Virus record (IMG/VR): IMGVR_UViG_3300042445_002020
Origin: an uncultured virus (IMG/VR IMGVR_UViG_3300042445_002020)
Taxonomy: Duplodnaviria > Heunggongvirae > Uroviricota > Caudoviricetes
Strand: one strand, 5' to 3'
Length of the DNA stretch: 64,000 nt
Part shown: positions 10,336 to 21,288 of the stretch, piece by piece
Numbering within the stretch: position 1 is the first letter of the stretch
Layout: each line of letters begins with the position of its first letter
Notes under the pieces: generated by a model
Told to the model about the DNA's origin: nothing
Seen by the model: the letters and a program-made list of their open reading frames with translations, nothing else
Databases searched by the model: none
Position numbers and translations under genes: made by a program

Positions 10336-10506
10336 ATGAATAGAAGATTTATAAATATGGATATGGATAACACCAATTATGGTTATTGGTGGGTGGATTT
10401 CATAAATGAAAATGGGGAAAGAGAAAGAAGAACATTTGAAAATGATTTATCCGCTAAATTATTCTATGATGAGTTAATTTTAGAAAGAAATACTCCACAA
10501 TCTTAA
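10336..10506 (+). CDS. Small 56-aa protein (not in the ORF track)
   Basis: Starts 1 nt after the LamG stop. MNRRFINMDMDNTNYGYWWVDFINENGERERRTFENDLSAKLFYDELILERNTPQS. Resembles 1404..1532. Confidence 0.65.
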   Translation: MNRRFINMDMDNTNYGYWWVDFINENGERERRTFENDLSAKLFYDELILERNTPQS

Positions 10507-10528
10507 TTTTTTTTCTTATATTAGTCAC

Positions 10529-11254
10529 ATGAATAATATAGGATTTGGAATATTTTGTTTTGGTGAAGACTATTATTATAGAGGAGCCAAAGAAAAAATC
10601 AAAGAATTATTGAAGGTGGGTTTATCTGTGTATGTACTGACAGATAAACCTGAAGAATTTACAGAAGTAACTGTGATTCAATATGATAGACATTTAAAAT
10701 CATATTCAGATAAGATGATATTACCAAAACACATCTTAAAAAATCATGACATCTGCATACTACTTGATGCAGACACACACGTCACAGATTATTCATTTTT
10801 AGAATCATTAAAAACATATAATTTTAAGAAAGGTGTATCATATATTGACACCTTATTAAATCATAATGCAAAGAAAGAATTTGTAAAAGACTTAGTGAAT
10901 GAAACAAATCCTGAATGGAAAACATATGTTGATTATGCGTCTAAATTACATCCACCATTCTTTAATTTCGAAACAATGTGGGAGTATTTTTTGGTAATCA
11001 ATAAAGATGGTTTTGATATGGATTCATTTTATTACTATTATGAGAAATTACAAGTGGTTAAAGAATATTCGGACTTACCTTTGAAAAAAGAAGTAAGTGG
11101 AGCGGGAGAAGGTATATCAATACAGATAAGTTGCAAATCCGCCAATATAGAAATACAAAGAGATACCGAATTGTATAAATTATTAGAAGGTAAGATGATA
11201 AGTATAAGTAGAAGACACACACCACGACATTTGTGGCCAAATTGGATGAAATGA
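10529..11254 (+). CDS. Putative GT-A fold glycosyltransferase-like protein
   Basis: VYVLTD strand and ICILLDAD (DxD) motif. Confidence 0.5.
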   Translation: MNNIGFGIFCFGEDYYYRGAKEKIKELLKVGLSVYVLTDKPEEFTEVTVIQYDRHLKSYSDKMILPKHILKNHDICILLDADTHVTDYSFLESLKTYNFKKGVSYIDTLLNHNAKKEFVKDLVNETNPEWKTYVDYASKLHPPFFNFETMWEYFLVINKDGFDMDSFYYYYEKLQVVKEYSDLPLKKEVSGAGEGISIQISCKSANIEIQRDTELYKLLEGKMISISRRHTPRHLWPNWMK

Positions 11255-11979
11255 TAACGAATAACGATTATATAAAAAACAATATTACCAACAATGGTGA
11301 TGAACCGGTACCATATCGTTGGACACATGGTGCAACCGATTTACACATGGGTGACGGACTTTTGGTGTATTCCATCATCCAACACATGAGAGCTAAAATT
11401 TGCGTCTGTATAGGGTCAGGAGGAGGGTTTATACCAAGAATTATGACACAGGCTCGAATTGATTTACATAAACAAAACATATTTGAAGGAAATGGAGACT
11501 ATAACTGGGGTGACATTGGTACTAGCTATGTTGTTGATGCTTGTAATGGTATTGGTGGCCCAAACGATTTGGATAATGAAGAATCATTCTACAGGACGAA
11601 TTTTTATCCGAGGTTTATTAAATCGACTTCTGTCGATGCGTATTATGATTTTTTTGTTAGACAAGATATTAAAATAGATGTACTATTCATTGATGGTGAC
11701 CATTCATATGAAGGAGTTAAAACCGATTTTGAACTATATTCAAAGATAATGTCAGATAATGGTATAATCATTATACATGACACAGATGATAACTACGAGG
11801 AAACGTTAATCGTTACCGAAGATTCAAAAAAAGACCACCATAGGTTCGATGGTCCGGCAAAGTTCATTAAAGAACTTGAAAAAAATACCGACTATAATTT
11901 GATTAATTTACATAATTTTCGTATATTAATGGATAAACCATCATCAAGTGGTATAACCATTATTAATAAGAAAAAATGA
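11251..11979 (+). CDS. Class I SAM-dependent methyltransferase (Methyltransf_24-like)
   Basis: CIGSGGG, DVLFIDGDHSYEGV...IIIHD. Start moved to the ATG at 11251 (ATGA overlap). Confidence 0.8.
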   Translation: MITNNDYIKNNITNNGDEPVPYRWTHGATDLHMGDGLLVYSIIQHMRAKICVCIGSGGGFIPRIMTQARIDLHKQNIFEGNGDYNWGDIGTSYVVDACNGIGGPNDLDNEESFYRTNFYPRFIKSTSVDAYYDFFVRQDIKIDVLFIDGDHSYEGVKTDFELYSKIMSDNGIIIIHDTDDNYEETLIVTEDSKKDHHRFDGPAKFIKELEKNTDYNLINLHNFRILMDKPSSSGITIINKKK

Positions 11980-12827
11980 TTCGTTTAGTTACAGTTATAG
12001 GTCACGGAACAAATTTACTACCACATTTTATTAATCACTATAAAAAATATGTTGATGAAATCAACATTGCCGTTTATGAAACCGACATGCACCCATTATT
12101 AGGTAATGAAGTTAAAGAACTCATTGATAATCATGATAATGTAAAAATTGTTAAGGTTATTAAGAATAGAGTTTTCGATTGGGAGAAGGTTACACAATTA
12201 TATAATTTTGTTAAGAACACACAACCAAATGATTGGTGGGTAGTTGCCGACATTGATGAATTCCATTTATATCCTGAAGATGATTTAAGAAAATTAATTA
12301 GTAATTGTGATGAGAATGGATGGGACGTTGTGAGAGGTGGATTCATTGATAGAATAGGTGAAGATGGAAAGTTCTCTGAAATAAAAGAAGACAAACCGAT
12401 ATTTGAGCAGTTTCCTGTTATGGGATTTTTTAGATACCCGATGAGTAAGGCATGTCCTAATAAGATATGTGTAATGAAAGGACATATTGAAATTACATCC
12501 GGCCAACATTATGCTAAAATTGATGGACAAACAACTTGGAAATGGCAAGGATGGAACCACCCACTAATTAATCCAAATGAATATGTGCAAGTACACCACT
12601 TCAAGTGGGATAAGACTTGCATTGATAGGATTAAACAAGTTGCAGATATAAAACAAGAATACGCACACTCAAATGAATATGCAACGATGTTTCTTAATCT
12701 AAGAAAAAGTAAATTTAAAATCGATGTTAGTCATAAAGATTTTATGATTGAACATTCATACGGGGAGCCTGAATTTAAAAGATATAAACAATGGAATAAA
12801 TTAATTAAAAAAATCATATCAATATGA
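11976..12827 (+). CDS. Glycosyltransferase family 2-like protein
   Basis: LLPHFINHY, WWVVADIDEF and HHFKW motifs. Confidence 0.7.
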   Translation: MIRLVTVIGHGTNLLPHFINHYKKYVDEINIAVYETDMHPLLGNEVKELIDNHDNVKIVKVIKNRVFDWEKVTQLYNFVKNTQPNDWWVVADIDEFHLYPEDDLRKLISNCDENGWDVVRGGFIDRIGEDGKFSEIKEDKPIFEQFPVMGFFRYPMSKACPNKICVMKGHIEITSGQHYAKIDGQTTWKWQGWNHPLINPNEYVQVHHFKWDKTCIDRIKQVADIKQEYAHSNEYATMFLNLRKSKFKIDVSHKDFMIEHSYGEPEFKRYKQWNKLIKKIISI

Positions 12828-13027
12828 CAGCAAAAGAAGAAAAAAACGAACAATTACTTTTAGAACAACGCAAAGTAAAGGCATTAGAAAAAATTGCTAA
12901 TTCAATGGATGCTTTAACCACATGGTTTGAAGACATCGATAAAGAAGAATGGAGTCAGAGAGCACAATATTACTTGGCCGAATTCCATACCATTGCAAAA
13001 CCAAAAGACCCAACTATAAATGGATAG
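12824..13027 (+). CDS. Hypothetical protein (67 aa)
   Basis: Overlaps both neighbours in operon fashion. Confidence 0.6.
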   Translation: MTAKEEKNEQLLLEQRKVKALEKIANSMDALTTWFEDIDKEEWSQRAQYYLAEFHTIAKPKDPTING

Positions 13028-14444
13028 CCATAAATTAGGTGTTATTGTACCTTATCGAGATAGACCTCATCATTTAAAAAAATTTTTATTTGATATTGAG
13101 GAATATCTAACTGAAAAAAATATTAACTATGAAATAATTGTGGTTAATCAAGATGGTGCAAAACAATTTAATAGAGGTATGTTGTTAAACATTGGATTTA
13201 AAGAATCCATCAAATTAAATTGTGACTATGTTGTTTTTCACGATGTAGATATGTTACCAGTTAATGTTGATTATTCGTACTCAGATATCCCACTACATTT
13301 AGCGACCAATTTTCAATTACAAGAGAACGAAAAAAAAAGAGAAGTGTTTGACCAATATTTTGGTGGAGTTACAATGTTTCCTGTTGGGTCTTTTATTAAA
13401 GTCGATGGATACTCTAACAAATATTGGGCATGGGGTTACGAAGATACTGATTTATTATTAAGATGTGAACGTAAAGGAATCGAATTAGATACGTTACGTT
13501 TAAAAAATCATGGTAGAAAGGGAAAGACATTAAAATTTAATGGTGTAGATGCTTATGTTGAATGTGAGAACGTTATTGATTTAAATCAAAACGCAACTTT
13601 CTTTATTTCATTTTGTCCTGATAAATTATTTTTAAATCACAAAAAGGAATCCGACGAGTTTACATCTTTTAGTATTCCTGGTTGGGATTTTGCTATATGT
13701 TACAATTCATTCTCGAGATATAATTTTTGTGCGTTCGACACCTTACACAATTCACTATATGTTAACTCTAATATCAAACCAAATTATAAAACAAATATGG
13801 TTGTGGTTTTAGACAGAATGAATAACAACATCAAGGTTTACCAAGATGGTTATTTTATTGGGGAAACACCTACATTTAGAAAATTATATTTCTATAAAAA
13901 AGAGAAGAATTTTTATTTAGGGGCGGGTAGACCTGATAGAGAAATCATACCAAATTATTTTAGAGGAACCATAGATAGTTTTGCATATTATAATGAAATT
14001 CTTAGTGAAAATGAAATCATAGAAATCTCACATAACGAAACGGAATTACTAACTAAAGATTTTGGTCATTATAAATCATCTAACTCACTAATAACTTATT
14101 ACGATGCTAATTTTATTAAAGATTATAATTTAGTTGATTTAGTTGGTGGGAATAATGGTAAAATAAAAAATTGTGAAGTTGTAAACACAGATTACAAAGA
14201 TATTACTGAAGTTAAAATACCATATAGAAGAAAATCAATATTTAAATCACTTTCACATGAAGAAAATGGGTTTTTAGGTAATAAATGGAAGGACCAAGCA
14301 ACTAGATGGAACCAATTAAGGTTTCATAACGAAGTTTCCTTAAACAAAGAACTATTAGATAATGATGGGTTATCAACACTAACGTTTCATGTCCATGGTA
14401 AAAATAAAGAAAATAAAATAACACAAATTAACGTAGGAATATGA
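13020..14444 (+). CDS. GT7 (beta-1,4-galactosyltransferase-like) glycosyltransferase with an inserted LamG-like domain
   Basis: IVPYRDR, FNRGMLLNIGF, FHDVD, YFGGV, GYSNKYWAWGYEDTD; central LKFNGVDAYV...FRGTIDSFAYYNEILS insert. Confidence 0.85.
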   Translation: MDSHKLGVIVPYRDRPHHLKKFLFDIEEYLTEKNINYEIIVVNQDGAKQFNRGMLLNIGFKESIKLNCDYVVFHDVDMLPVNVDYSYSDIPLHLATNFQLQENEKKREVFDQYFGGVTMFPVGSFIKVDGYSNKYWAWGYEDTDLLLRCERKGIELDTLRLKNHGRKGKTLKFNGVDAYVECENVIDLNQNATFFISFCPDKLFLNHKKESDEFTSFSIPGWDFAICYNSFSRYNFCAFDTLHNSLYVNSNIKPNYKTNMVVVLDRMNNNIKVYQDGYFIGETPTFRKLYFYKKEKNFYLGAGRPDREIIPNYFRGTIDSFAYYNEILSENEIIEISHNETELLTKDFGHYKSSNSLITYYDANFIKDYNLVDLVGGNNGKIKNCEVVNTDYKDITEVKIPYRRKSIFKSLSHEENGFLGNKWKDQATRWNQLRFHNEVSLNKELLDNDGLSTLTFHVHGKNKENKITQINVGI

Positions 14445-15847
14445 GTCATAAATTAGGTATATGTATACCATATAGAAATAGAAAGGAACACGTAGAAAGA
14501 TTAATACCTCACCTTTCAAAACATTTAACAAATCAAGGAATTGAACATACATTTTATGTCGGTCATCAAGTAGACGATAAGTTATTCAATAGAGGTGCAA
14601 TGAAAAATATTGCGGCTCACTATGCGTTTGAAGATGGTTGTGATTATATTGCTTGGCATGACGTTGATATGTTAACAACAGATGAAGGTGGTCAAATAAT
14701 TGGAGACTACTCATATCCAGAAGAAACACCGATACATATTGCAACTAAATTATCAAAATACCAATATGGATTAGGATATGATCAATACTTTGGTGGAGTT
14801 GTTTTATTCACTAAAGAACAGGCGTATAAAACTAACGGATACTCAAATGAATATTGGGATTGGGGTCAAGAAGACGATGATTTGTTTTGGAGATGTTACT
14901 TTGAAAATTATACCACCGGTAAACTCTTTAAGAAATATGAAAATAAAAATGTGGGAATATTCAATGGGGAGAACACATTGGTTGCCTTACCAACAAATAG
15001 AGAAATTAGTTCTTGTTTACATAATGACCATACAATATCAATACTTTTTAATGCGGAGCAACAACCAGAAAAAGTTCCGATTTGGTTAGTTGGGGATACC
15101 GAAAAACGTTTTATTGAATATCCATTAATCAGAAAAGATGGGTCTTGGACATGGGGATTATCGTTTAATAATTCAAGAGCGGTCACAATGCAATTGTTCG
15201 ATAGGGACAACATGAGACATTATAATTGGGGGAAGAGGTTTGAGGGTTTATGGACATGGGCAACAATGGCTTTTAAAAGTGAAACAAACGAAGTGTTCTT
15301 CTATATTAACGATACTTTGACAACACAAATGAATGGCATTAAGAACAATTCTTCGTTTATTGTTAATCCATTGAGATTGCACGATGCGGTTAGACCATTT
15401 TTACTTGGATTTTGTGGACAAACAAACACAAGATACAAAGGAAAAATAGCAGATTTTAAAGTTTTTAATACATTCAAAGAAAATGTAATGGATGCCATTG
15501 ATGGTGATGAAGATTTAGTATTAAGATATGATTTTAAAACACATACTGATATATCGAACATAAGTATTGAAGAAGAAAACATTGAGGTTGTTGAAAATAT
15601 ATTACCATATAGAAGAGAAGGTAGTTTTTATTGTTTACCACACATTGATGAAGGATTTATGAATGGTACATGGGCAAAAGGTGAAACAACTGCAAGAAAC
15701 GAGAAAAGATTTGTTACCGAAATGCAACAAAGAAAGATAGATTATAAGGTTGATGGATTAAATAACATTCTAAACGTAATGGATATTGATAATATTGATG
15801 TATCTTTATATTCAAATACTAAGTTTATTAATGTAAAAATGAAATAA
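14441..15847 (+). CDS. GT7 glycosyltransferase with an inserted LamG-like domain (paralogue)
   Basis: IPYRNR, FNRGAMKN, WHDVD, YFGGV, GYSNEYWDWGQEDDD; insert ends YKGKIADFKVFN. Confidence 0.85.
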   Translation: MSHKLGICIPYRNRKEHVERLIPHLSKHLTNQGIEHTFYVGHQVDDKLFNRGAMKNIAAHYAFEDGCDYIAWHDVDMLTTDEGGQIIGDYSYPEETPIHIATKLSKYQYGLGYDQYFGGVVLFTKEQAYKTNGYSNEYWDWGQEDDDLFWRCYFENYTTGKLFKKYENKNVGIFNGENTLVALPTNREISSCLHNDHTISILFNAEQQPEKVPIWLVGDTEKRFIEYPLIRKDGSWTWGLSFNNSRAVTMQLFDRDNMRHYNWGKRFEGLWTWATMAFKSETNEVFFYINDTLTTQMNGIKNNSSFIVNPLRLHDAVRPFLLGFCGQTNTRYKGKIADFKVFNTFKENVMDAIDGDEDLVLRYDFKTHTDISNISIEEENIEVVENILPYRREGSFYCLPHIDEGFMNGTWAKGETTARNEKRFVTEMQQRKIDYKVDGLNNILNVMDIDNIDVSLYSNTKFINVKMK

Positions 15848-15848
15848 T

Positions 15849-17234
15849 ATGTTTGACGATATATTCGATAAAACAAAAGAAAAGTTAAACTCCGTTGGGT
15901 GTGGATTTTGTTTGGCAAAGTGGACACAGGTTACTCTACATCTACAAGTGGGTCAAACACACTCATGCCATCACCCCGCACCACATGATGTGTCTTTAAA
16001 TGAATTGGCTTTAAATCCATCTGCACTACATAATAGTGTCTTTAAAAAGAGACAGAGAAAAACTATGATGGAGGGAGGAAGACCAGATGAATGTAACTAT
16101 TGTTGGAACGTCGAAGATAATTCAAATTCATTCTCAGATAGAGTTTTTAAATCATCAGAACCATGGTCAATAAAACATCTTGATGAAATAAAGGATTTAC
16201 ATTGGAGAGATAACTTCAACCCAAGATATGTTGAAGTGTCTTTTAGTAATCAATGTAATTTTAAATGTTCATATTGTGGACCAACCTTTTCATCTCAATG
16301 GGTTCAAGAAATTGAACAACATGGAGGTTATCCAACATCAACTAATTTTAATAATTTAGATTTGGCATTTGGTAAAAGACAAAACCCTTTACCATATTTA
16401 CATTCTGAAGTTAATCCATATGTAAATGGATTTTGGGAATGGTGGCCCGATTTATATAAGGATTTACACACATTTAGAATCACGGGAGGAGAACCTCTAT
16501 TATCAAAAGACACCTTTAAAGTGTTTGATTATATTTTAGATTCTAAAGAACCTAATAGGAATTTGAATTTATCCATAAACACTAACTTAGGTACACCAAA
16601 TAAATTATTCGATGATTTTGTTATCAAAATAAAAAGATTGATTGATGAGAATAGGGTAAATGAACTTATTGTTTTTACAAGTGCCGATACGTGGGGTCCA
16701 CAAGCGGAATACATTAGAGATGGTATGGTTTTTAATTTATGGTGGGATAGGATTAATATTTTGTTAAACGAAATACCACAATTAACGGTTATCATTATGT
16801 CAACATATAATGCACTATCAGTTCCAAATTATAAAGAACTAATAAAGAATGTTTATAAGTTGAAAGAAGAATACCACAATCCATATCGATACTATGGTTC
16901 ATCTGTTATGTTAGATTCATCTTATTTAAGGTGGCCAAAACATCAGTCAGTTAAAATTTTAGGAGATGAGTGGAAAGGTGTGGTTAAAGAACAGATGCAA
17001 TTAATGGACTTCTATGAGCAAACAAGAGTTGGGTTAGATGGATATGGTTTTACCGAAATTGAAATTAATAAATTGAATAGAATTTATGATTGGATGTCGG
17101 TTGAAAAAACAGAAGAAGATTTAACAACCAATAAATGGGACTTTAAAAAATTCATAACCGAATATGATTTAAGAAGAAGTAAAGATTTTGTTAAAACATT
17201 TCCAGAGTTAGCTGAATTTTATAAAAATATATAA
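15849..17234 (+). CDS. Radical SAM protein with N-terminal Twitch-like Cys cluster
   Basis: CNFKCSYC, ITGGEP; N-terminal FCLAKW..SCHH..CNYCW. Confidence 0.9.
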   Translation: MFDDIFDKTKEKLNSVGCGFCLAKWTQVTLHLQVGQTHSCHHPAPHDVSLNELALNPSALHNSVFKKRQRKTMMEGGRPDECNYCWNVEDNSNSFSDRVFKSSEPWSIKHLDEIKDLHWRDNFNPRYVEVSFSNQCNFKCSYCGPTFSSQWVQEIEQHGGYPTSTNFNNLDLAFGKRQNPLPYLHSEVNPYVNGFWEWWPDLYKDLHTFRITGGEPLLSKDTFKVFDYILDSKEPNRNLNLSINTNLGTPNKLFDDFVIKIKRLIDENRVNELIVFTSADTWGPQAEYIRDGMVFNLWWDRINILLNEIPQLTVIIMSTYNALSVPNYKELIKNVYKLKEEYHNPYRYYGSSVMLDSSYLRWPKHQSVKILGDEWKGVVKEQMQLMDFYEQTRVGLDGYGFTEIEINKLNRIYDWMSVEKTEEDLTTNKWDFKKFITEYDLRRSKDFVKTFPELAEFYKNI

Positions 17235-17236
17235 TA

Positions 17237-17887
17237 ATGAAGTTTAATAAAACAACATACTACATCCCCAATTTTACCACATATAAAACTAATACTAAAA
17301 GTTTTGAAAACTTAAAAAGTGGTTACACGTTTTATGTTGATTTTAAATTAGATAATTTCATCGATAACGAGGCGTGTGTTATCGGTAGACAAGATGAACA
17401 TTATATGGGATTATTTTTACAAAAACCAAACGCAATTAAGTTTTGTTGGCACAATGATAAGAATGTATATAATGATATTTTTATTGAATTAGATAACATA
17501 TATGACCAAATGAAAATATTGGTTACAATATCGGATGAAATTAGAATTTATAAAGATGGTTTTTTCTTAGGTTCTAAAAAATGTAACGATATATTAAATT
17601 ACCACGATAAGAACATTCTTATTGGATCAATTAATCCACATTTTGAACAATGGGAATGTGCATTTGATGGTGCAATTAACGAAGTGAAAATTTTTGATGA
17701 AATTATTACAAACCCAAATGGTACGGATAATCTATACTCACACTTAACATTTGAAGATATATCTAGATTTAAGACATTAGATTCTAGCGGTAACGGTAAT
17801 CATGGTATATATTACGAAGATCCGGTTTATAGAAATGAAAAGATAAACGAATACACTAAAATGGGACCTAAACAAAAAATAGTTTAA
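17237..17887 (+). CDS. LamG-like domain protein
   Basis: ILIGS...FDGAINEVKIFD...LDSSGNGNHG. Confidence 0.65.
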   Translation: MKFNKTTYYIPNFTTYKTNTKSFENLKSGYTFYVDFKLDNFIDNEACVIGRQDEHYMGLFLQKPNAIKFCWHNDKNVYNDIFIELDNIYDQMKILVTISDEIRIYKDGFFLGSKKCNDILNYHDKNILIGSINPHFEQWECAFDGAINEVKIFDEIITNPNGTDNLYSHLTFEDISRFKTLDSSGNGNHGIYYEDPVYRNEKINEYTKMGPKQKIV

Positions 17888-17888
17888 T

Positions 17889-19256
17889 ATGAGTGATTTT
17901 AATGAAGTAAAAAAACAATTGAATGGTGTTGGATGTGGATTTTGTTTAGCAAAGTGGACACAAGTAACTATACATCTATTGAATGGTACAACACATTCTT
18001 GTCACCACCCTATACCCCATAAAATACCTTTAGAAGAAATAAAAAACAACCCAAAGGCGTTACACAATACTAATTTTAAGAAACAGCAAAGAAAAACTAT
18101 GCTAGAGGGTGGTAGACCTGGAGAATGTGATTATTGTTGGAATGTTGAGGATAACTCTAATTCATTTTCCGATAGAGTTTTTAAATCGGCGGAACAATGG
18201 TCAATCGACCAATACGACACCATTAAAAATTTAGATTGGAGAGAAGATTATAACCCAAGGTATTTGGAAATTTCTTTTGGAAATACTTGTAATTTAAAAT
18301 GTGCTTATTGTAGTCCACCATATTCATCAAAATGGGTTGAGGAGATTAAGAAGTTTGGACCATATACGGAAAATCATAATTTTAATTCATTAGATTTTGT
18401 AGATAATAGAATTGATACAACATATAAACTTACCGATGAAAATCCTTATACCGAAGCATTTTGGAAATGGTGGCCTGATTTATATAAGGATTTACATACG
18501 TTTAGAATAACAGGAGGAGAACCTCTATTAATGAATGATACGTTTAAAGTTTTAGAATACATTCAAGAACATTGGAGAGAGAATCCAAATTTATCATTGG
18601 CAATTAATACGAACCTATCCGTACCAAGACAATTAATTGATAAGTTGATTACAATTTGTAAAGATTTAACCAACAACAATAAAGTTAGGGAATTAATTAT
18701 ATTCACATCGGTAGAGGCCGCTAAAGAACAGGCTGAATATACAAGATTTGGTTTAGATTACAATCAACTTTGGGTTAATATACACGATATATTAGAACAA
18801 CTACCAAAGGTCGTCGTTAATATTATGGCAACATTTAATGCGTTGTCCGTATTTTCATATGGTGATTTAATTGAGAGGGTTTTTGAATATAAAAAGAAAT
18901 TTCATAATGACATTCGTTATTGGGAAGGAGCTTTATTGTTAGATACATCTTATTTAAGATACCCATCATTTCTTTCAGTTAACATTCTTGAGTCAGAACA
19001 TAAAGAATTGATTTTGGAATCGGCAAAGAAGGCATTATATTATGGTAAGTTTGAAAATGGGTATGGATTCTCTGATAGTCAAATTCAAAAAATTAAAAGG
19101 ACATATGATTATGCACTTACAACTAATAATGTTGATATGACATACGTAAGACAACAGTTTGCAAAATATATAACTGAATATGATAGAAGAAGAGAAACTA
19201 ATTTCATCAAAACATTCCCACAATTAAAAGAATTCTATGAAAAATATAAAGACTAG
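17889..19256 (+). CDS. Radical SAM protein with N-terminal Twitch-like Cys cluster
   Basis: CNLKCAYC, ITGGEP; close paralogue of 15849..17234. Confidence 0.9.
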   Translation: MSDFNEVKKQLNGVGCGFCLAKWTQVTIHLLNGTTHSCHHPIPHKIPLEEIKNNPKALHNTNFKKQQRKTMLEGGRPGECDYCWNVEDNSNSFSDRVFKSAEQWSIDQYDTIKNLDWREDYNPRYLEISFGNTCNLKCAYCSPPYSSKWVEEIKKFGPYTENHNFNSLDFVDNRIDTTYKLTDENPYTEAFWKWWPDLYKDLHTFRITGGEPLLMNDTFKVLEYIQEHWRENPNLSLAINTNLSVPRQLIDKLITICKDLTNNNKVRELIIFTSVEAAKEQAEYTRFGLDYNQLWVNIHDILEQLPKVVVNIMATFNALSVFSYGDLIERVFEYKKKFHNDIRYWEGALLLDTSYLRYPSFLSVNILESEHKELILESAKKALYYGKFENGYGFSDSQIQKIKRTYDYALTTNNVDMTYVRQQFAKYITEYDRRRETNFIKTFPQLKEFYEKYKD

Positions 19257-19830
19257 CGACACATGGGTATTATGGCCAACCAAAATATGTCCATCGTTTT
19301 TCGACTTAGGTGGAAACCAAGTTATATCGGGAAAGTATAATTTTAGTTTTGAGTTTGATTTCAAAATTAATGAAATCAGTAAGAATAGTGGAGAGAGAGG
19401 AACAATACTATCTATTAACCCAAATTACTTTGTACTTCACTATTATAATGAAAATCTAAGTGCCATACATATGAGCACCGAAGGTAGTGAAACACATAAC
19501 GTACATAAAGATATTCGAGACATAATTAAAATTGGTAAAGTTCATAAACTAAAGGTTGAGAATGTTGATTTTACTAAATTTAATGTTTATATTGACGATA
19601 AAATGGTATTGTCAACACATAATTTTAATCACACTAATGACCCACAAATATTCTTTGGTTCGGAGACGTTTCCTTGGAATTCACCTGATTTAAATTCGTG
19701 TGACATGGATTTAATTAATTTTAAATTATATCATGAGGATACTTTAATATCACATCACGATTTTAATAACATAATACATAATAAATTTGTTGATTTAACA
19801 AATAATTGTAACTTTATACACAAACTATAG
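19237..19830 (+). CDS. Divergent LamG-like domain protein
   Basis: FEFDFKI, VYIDD, IFFGSE, DLINFKLY and FVDLTNN resemble 17237..17887. Confidence 0.5.
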   Translation: MKNIKTSDTWVLWPTKICPSFFDLGGNQVISGKYNFSFEFDFKINEISKNSGERGTILSINPNYFVLHYYNENLSAIHMSTEGSETHNVHKDIRDIIKIGKVHKLKVENVDFTKFNVYIDDKMVLSTHNFNHTNDPQIFFGSETFPWNSPDLNSCDMDLINFKLYHEDTLISHHDFNNIIHNKFVDLTNNCNFIHKL

Positions 19831-19833
19831 AAA

Positions 19834-21288
19834 ATGTCAGAAGACTTAAAAATTTGGAGAGATAGTAGGCTTAATAGCATTAGTAAGAGTTTCTGTGCCG
19901 CTAAATGGTATAACGCAAGTTTACATTTAGGTCATGGTTATACTAATTCATGTCATTTACCATTACCACATCCTATTGATTTAGAAGAGATTAAAACAAA
20001 TCCATCAGCATTACACAATACAAAGATAAAAAAAGAGGCACGTAAAATGATGCAAGAAGGTATTAGACCTGCCGAATGTTCTTATTGTTGGAAAGTAGAA
20101 GATGTTGGTAGAAATAACATTTCAGATAGAGTTTTTAAAAGTAAAATATATTCTGATGAAGATTTATTGGCACTTAAAGATAGACCATGGGACCAGGATA
20201 TTAATTTAAAGACGGTAGAGGTTTCTTTTGATAGGACTTGTAATTTTGCTTGTTCATATTGTAATTCGGGATATTCCACTACGTGGGGTCAGGACATTAG
20301 AAAGAACGGACCCTATCAAAAATTTAAATCATCATCTGCAGGAGCATATCATTCCGATGGTTCTTGGTCCGAAGTTTATGGTAAAAATGGTGATGATAAT
20401 CCATACGTTCAAGCATTTATGGAGTGGTGGCCCGAATTATCACAAACATTACAAGAGGTTAGAATTACTGGCGGAGAACCATCAACGTCGTTTAACTTTT
20501 GGAACTTTATGGATGTAATGAAGATGAATTCATCACCAAACTTAAACCTAGCAATTAACTCTAACTTAGGAGTTGAAGATAAACTAATTGATAAACTAAT
20601 TCAAACATCACACGAAATTGATGTTAAGAATTTTGATTTATACACAAGTTGTGAGGCGTATGGGGACCAAGCTGAATATATCAGAGACGGATTAAAGTAC
20701 GATGTGTGGAGAAAAAATGTGGTTCGTATTATTGAAGAGGCTAAGTGTAGACAATTAATCATTATGATGACCATCAATAGTTTATGTTTATTTAGTATCA
20801 CCGAATTCTTGGATGATATGATATTATTAAAGAAAAAGTATGGTCAATACAAATTGGTGGTTGATTTAAACATATTAAGATGGCCAGCATTTATGTCGCC
20901 AGTATCTTTACCGAATGATTTAAAAAAATTAGCTCATGATAAATTAAAAACATGGTATCAAAATAAAGATAACTTGTCTTTATTACATGAAGGTGAGATT
21001 GCACAAATATTACGTCTGATTGATTATGTTGAGGTAGTTGAGAAGGGACATATTGCAACTGAAAATGATTTAGATAAACATTTTCACGATTTTAAAAGTT
21101 TCTATGAACAATATGACATTAGAAGAAATAAAGACTTCCGTAAAACTTTTCCTGAGTTGGTTGAATGGTATGATAGTATCGTAGTTGATTATAGTATACC
21201 AAACGTACCGATTAGTGATGGTAGAATTACCAATTACGAATTGGGTGAATATAAAGGTACTAATAATGGAAATGGTAAATTAATATAA
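19834..21288 (+). CDS. Radical SAM protein with N-terminal Twitch-like Cys cluster
   Basis: CNFACSYC, ITGGEP, FCAAKW..SCH..CSYCW; C-terminal extension ending GKLI. Confidence 0.9.
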   Translation: MSEDLKIWRDSRLNSISKSFCAAKWYNASLHLGHGYTNSCHLPLPHPIDLEEIKTNPSALHNTKIKKEARKMMQEGIRPAECSYCWKVEDVGRNNISDRVFKSKIYSDEDLLALKDRPWDQDINLKTVEVSFDRTCNFACSYCNSGYSTTWGQDIRKNGPYQKFKSSSAGAYHSDGSWSEVYGKNGDDNPYVQAFMEWWPELSQTLQEVRITGGEPSTSFNFWNFMDVMKMNSSPNLNLAINSNLGVEDKLIDKLIQTSHEIDVKNFDLYTSCEAYGDQAEYIRDGLKYDVWRKNVVRIIEEAKCRQLIIMMTINSLCLFSITEFLDDMILLKKKYGQYKLVVDLNILRWPAFMSPVSLPNDLKKLAHDKLKTWYQNKDNLSLLHEGEIAQILRLIDYVEVVEKGHIATENDLDKHFHDFKSFYEQYDIRRNKDFRKTFPELVEWYDSIVVDYSIPNVPISDGRITNYELGEYKGTNNGNGKLI

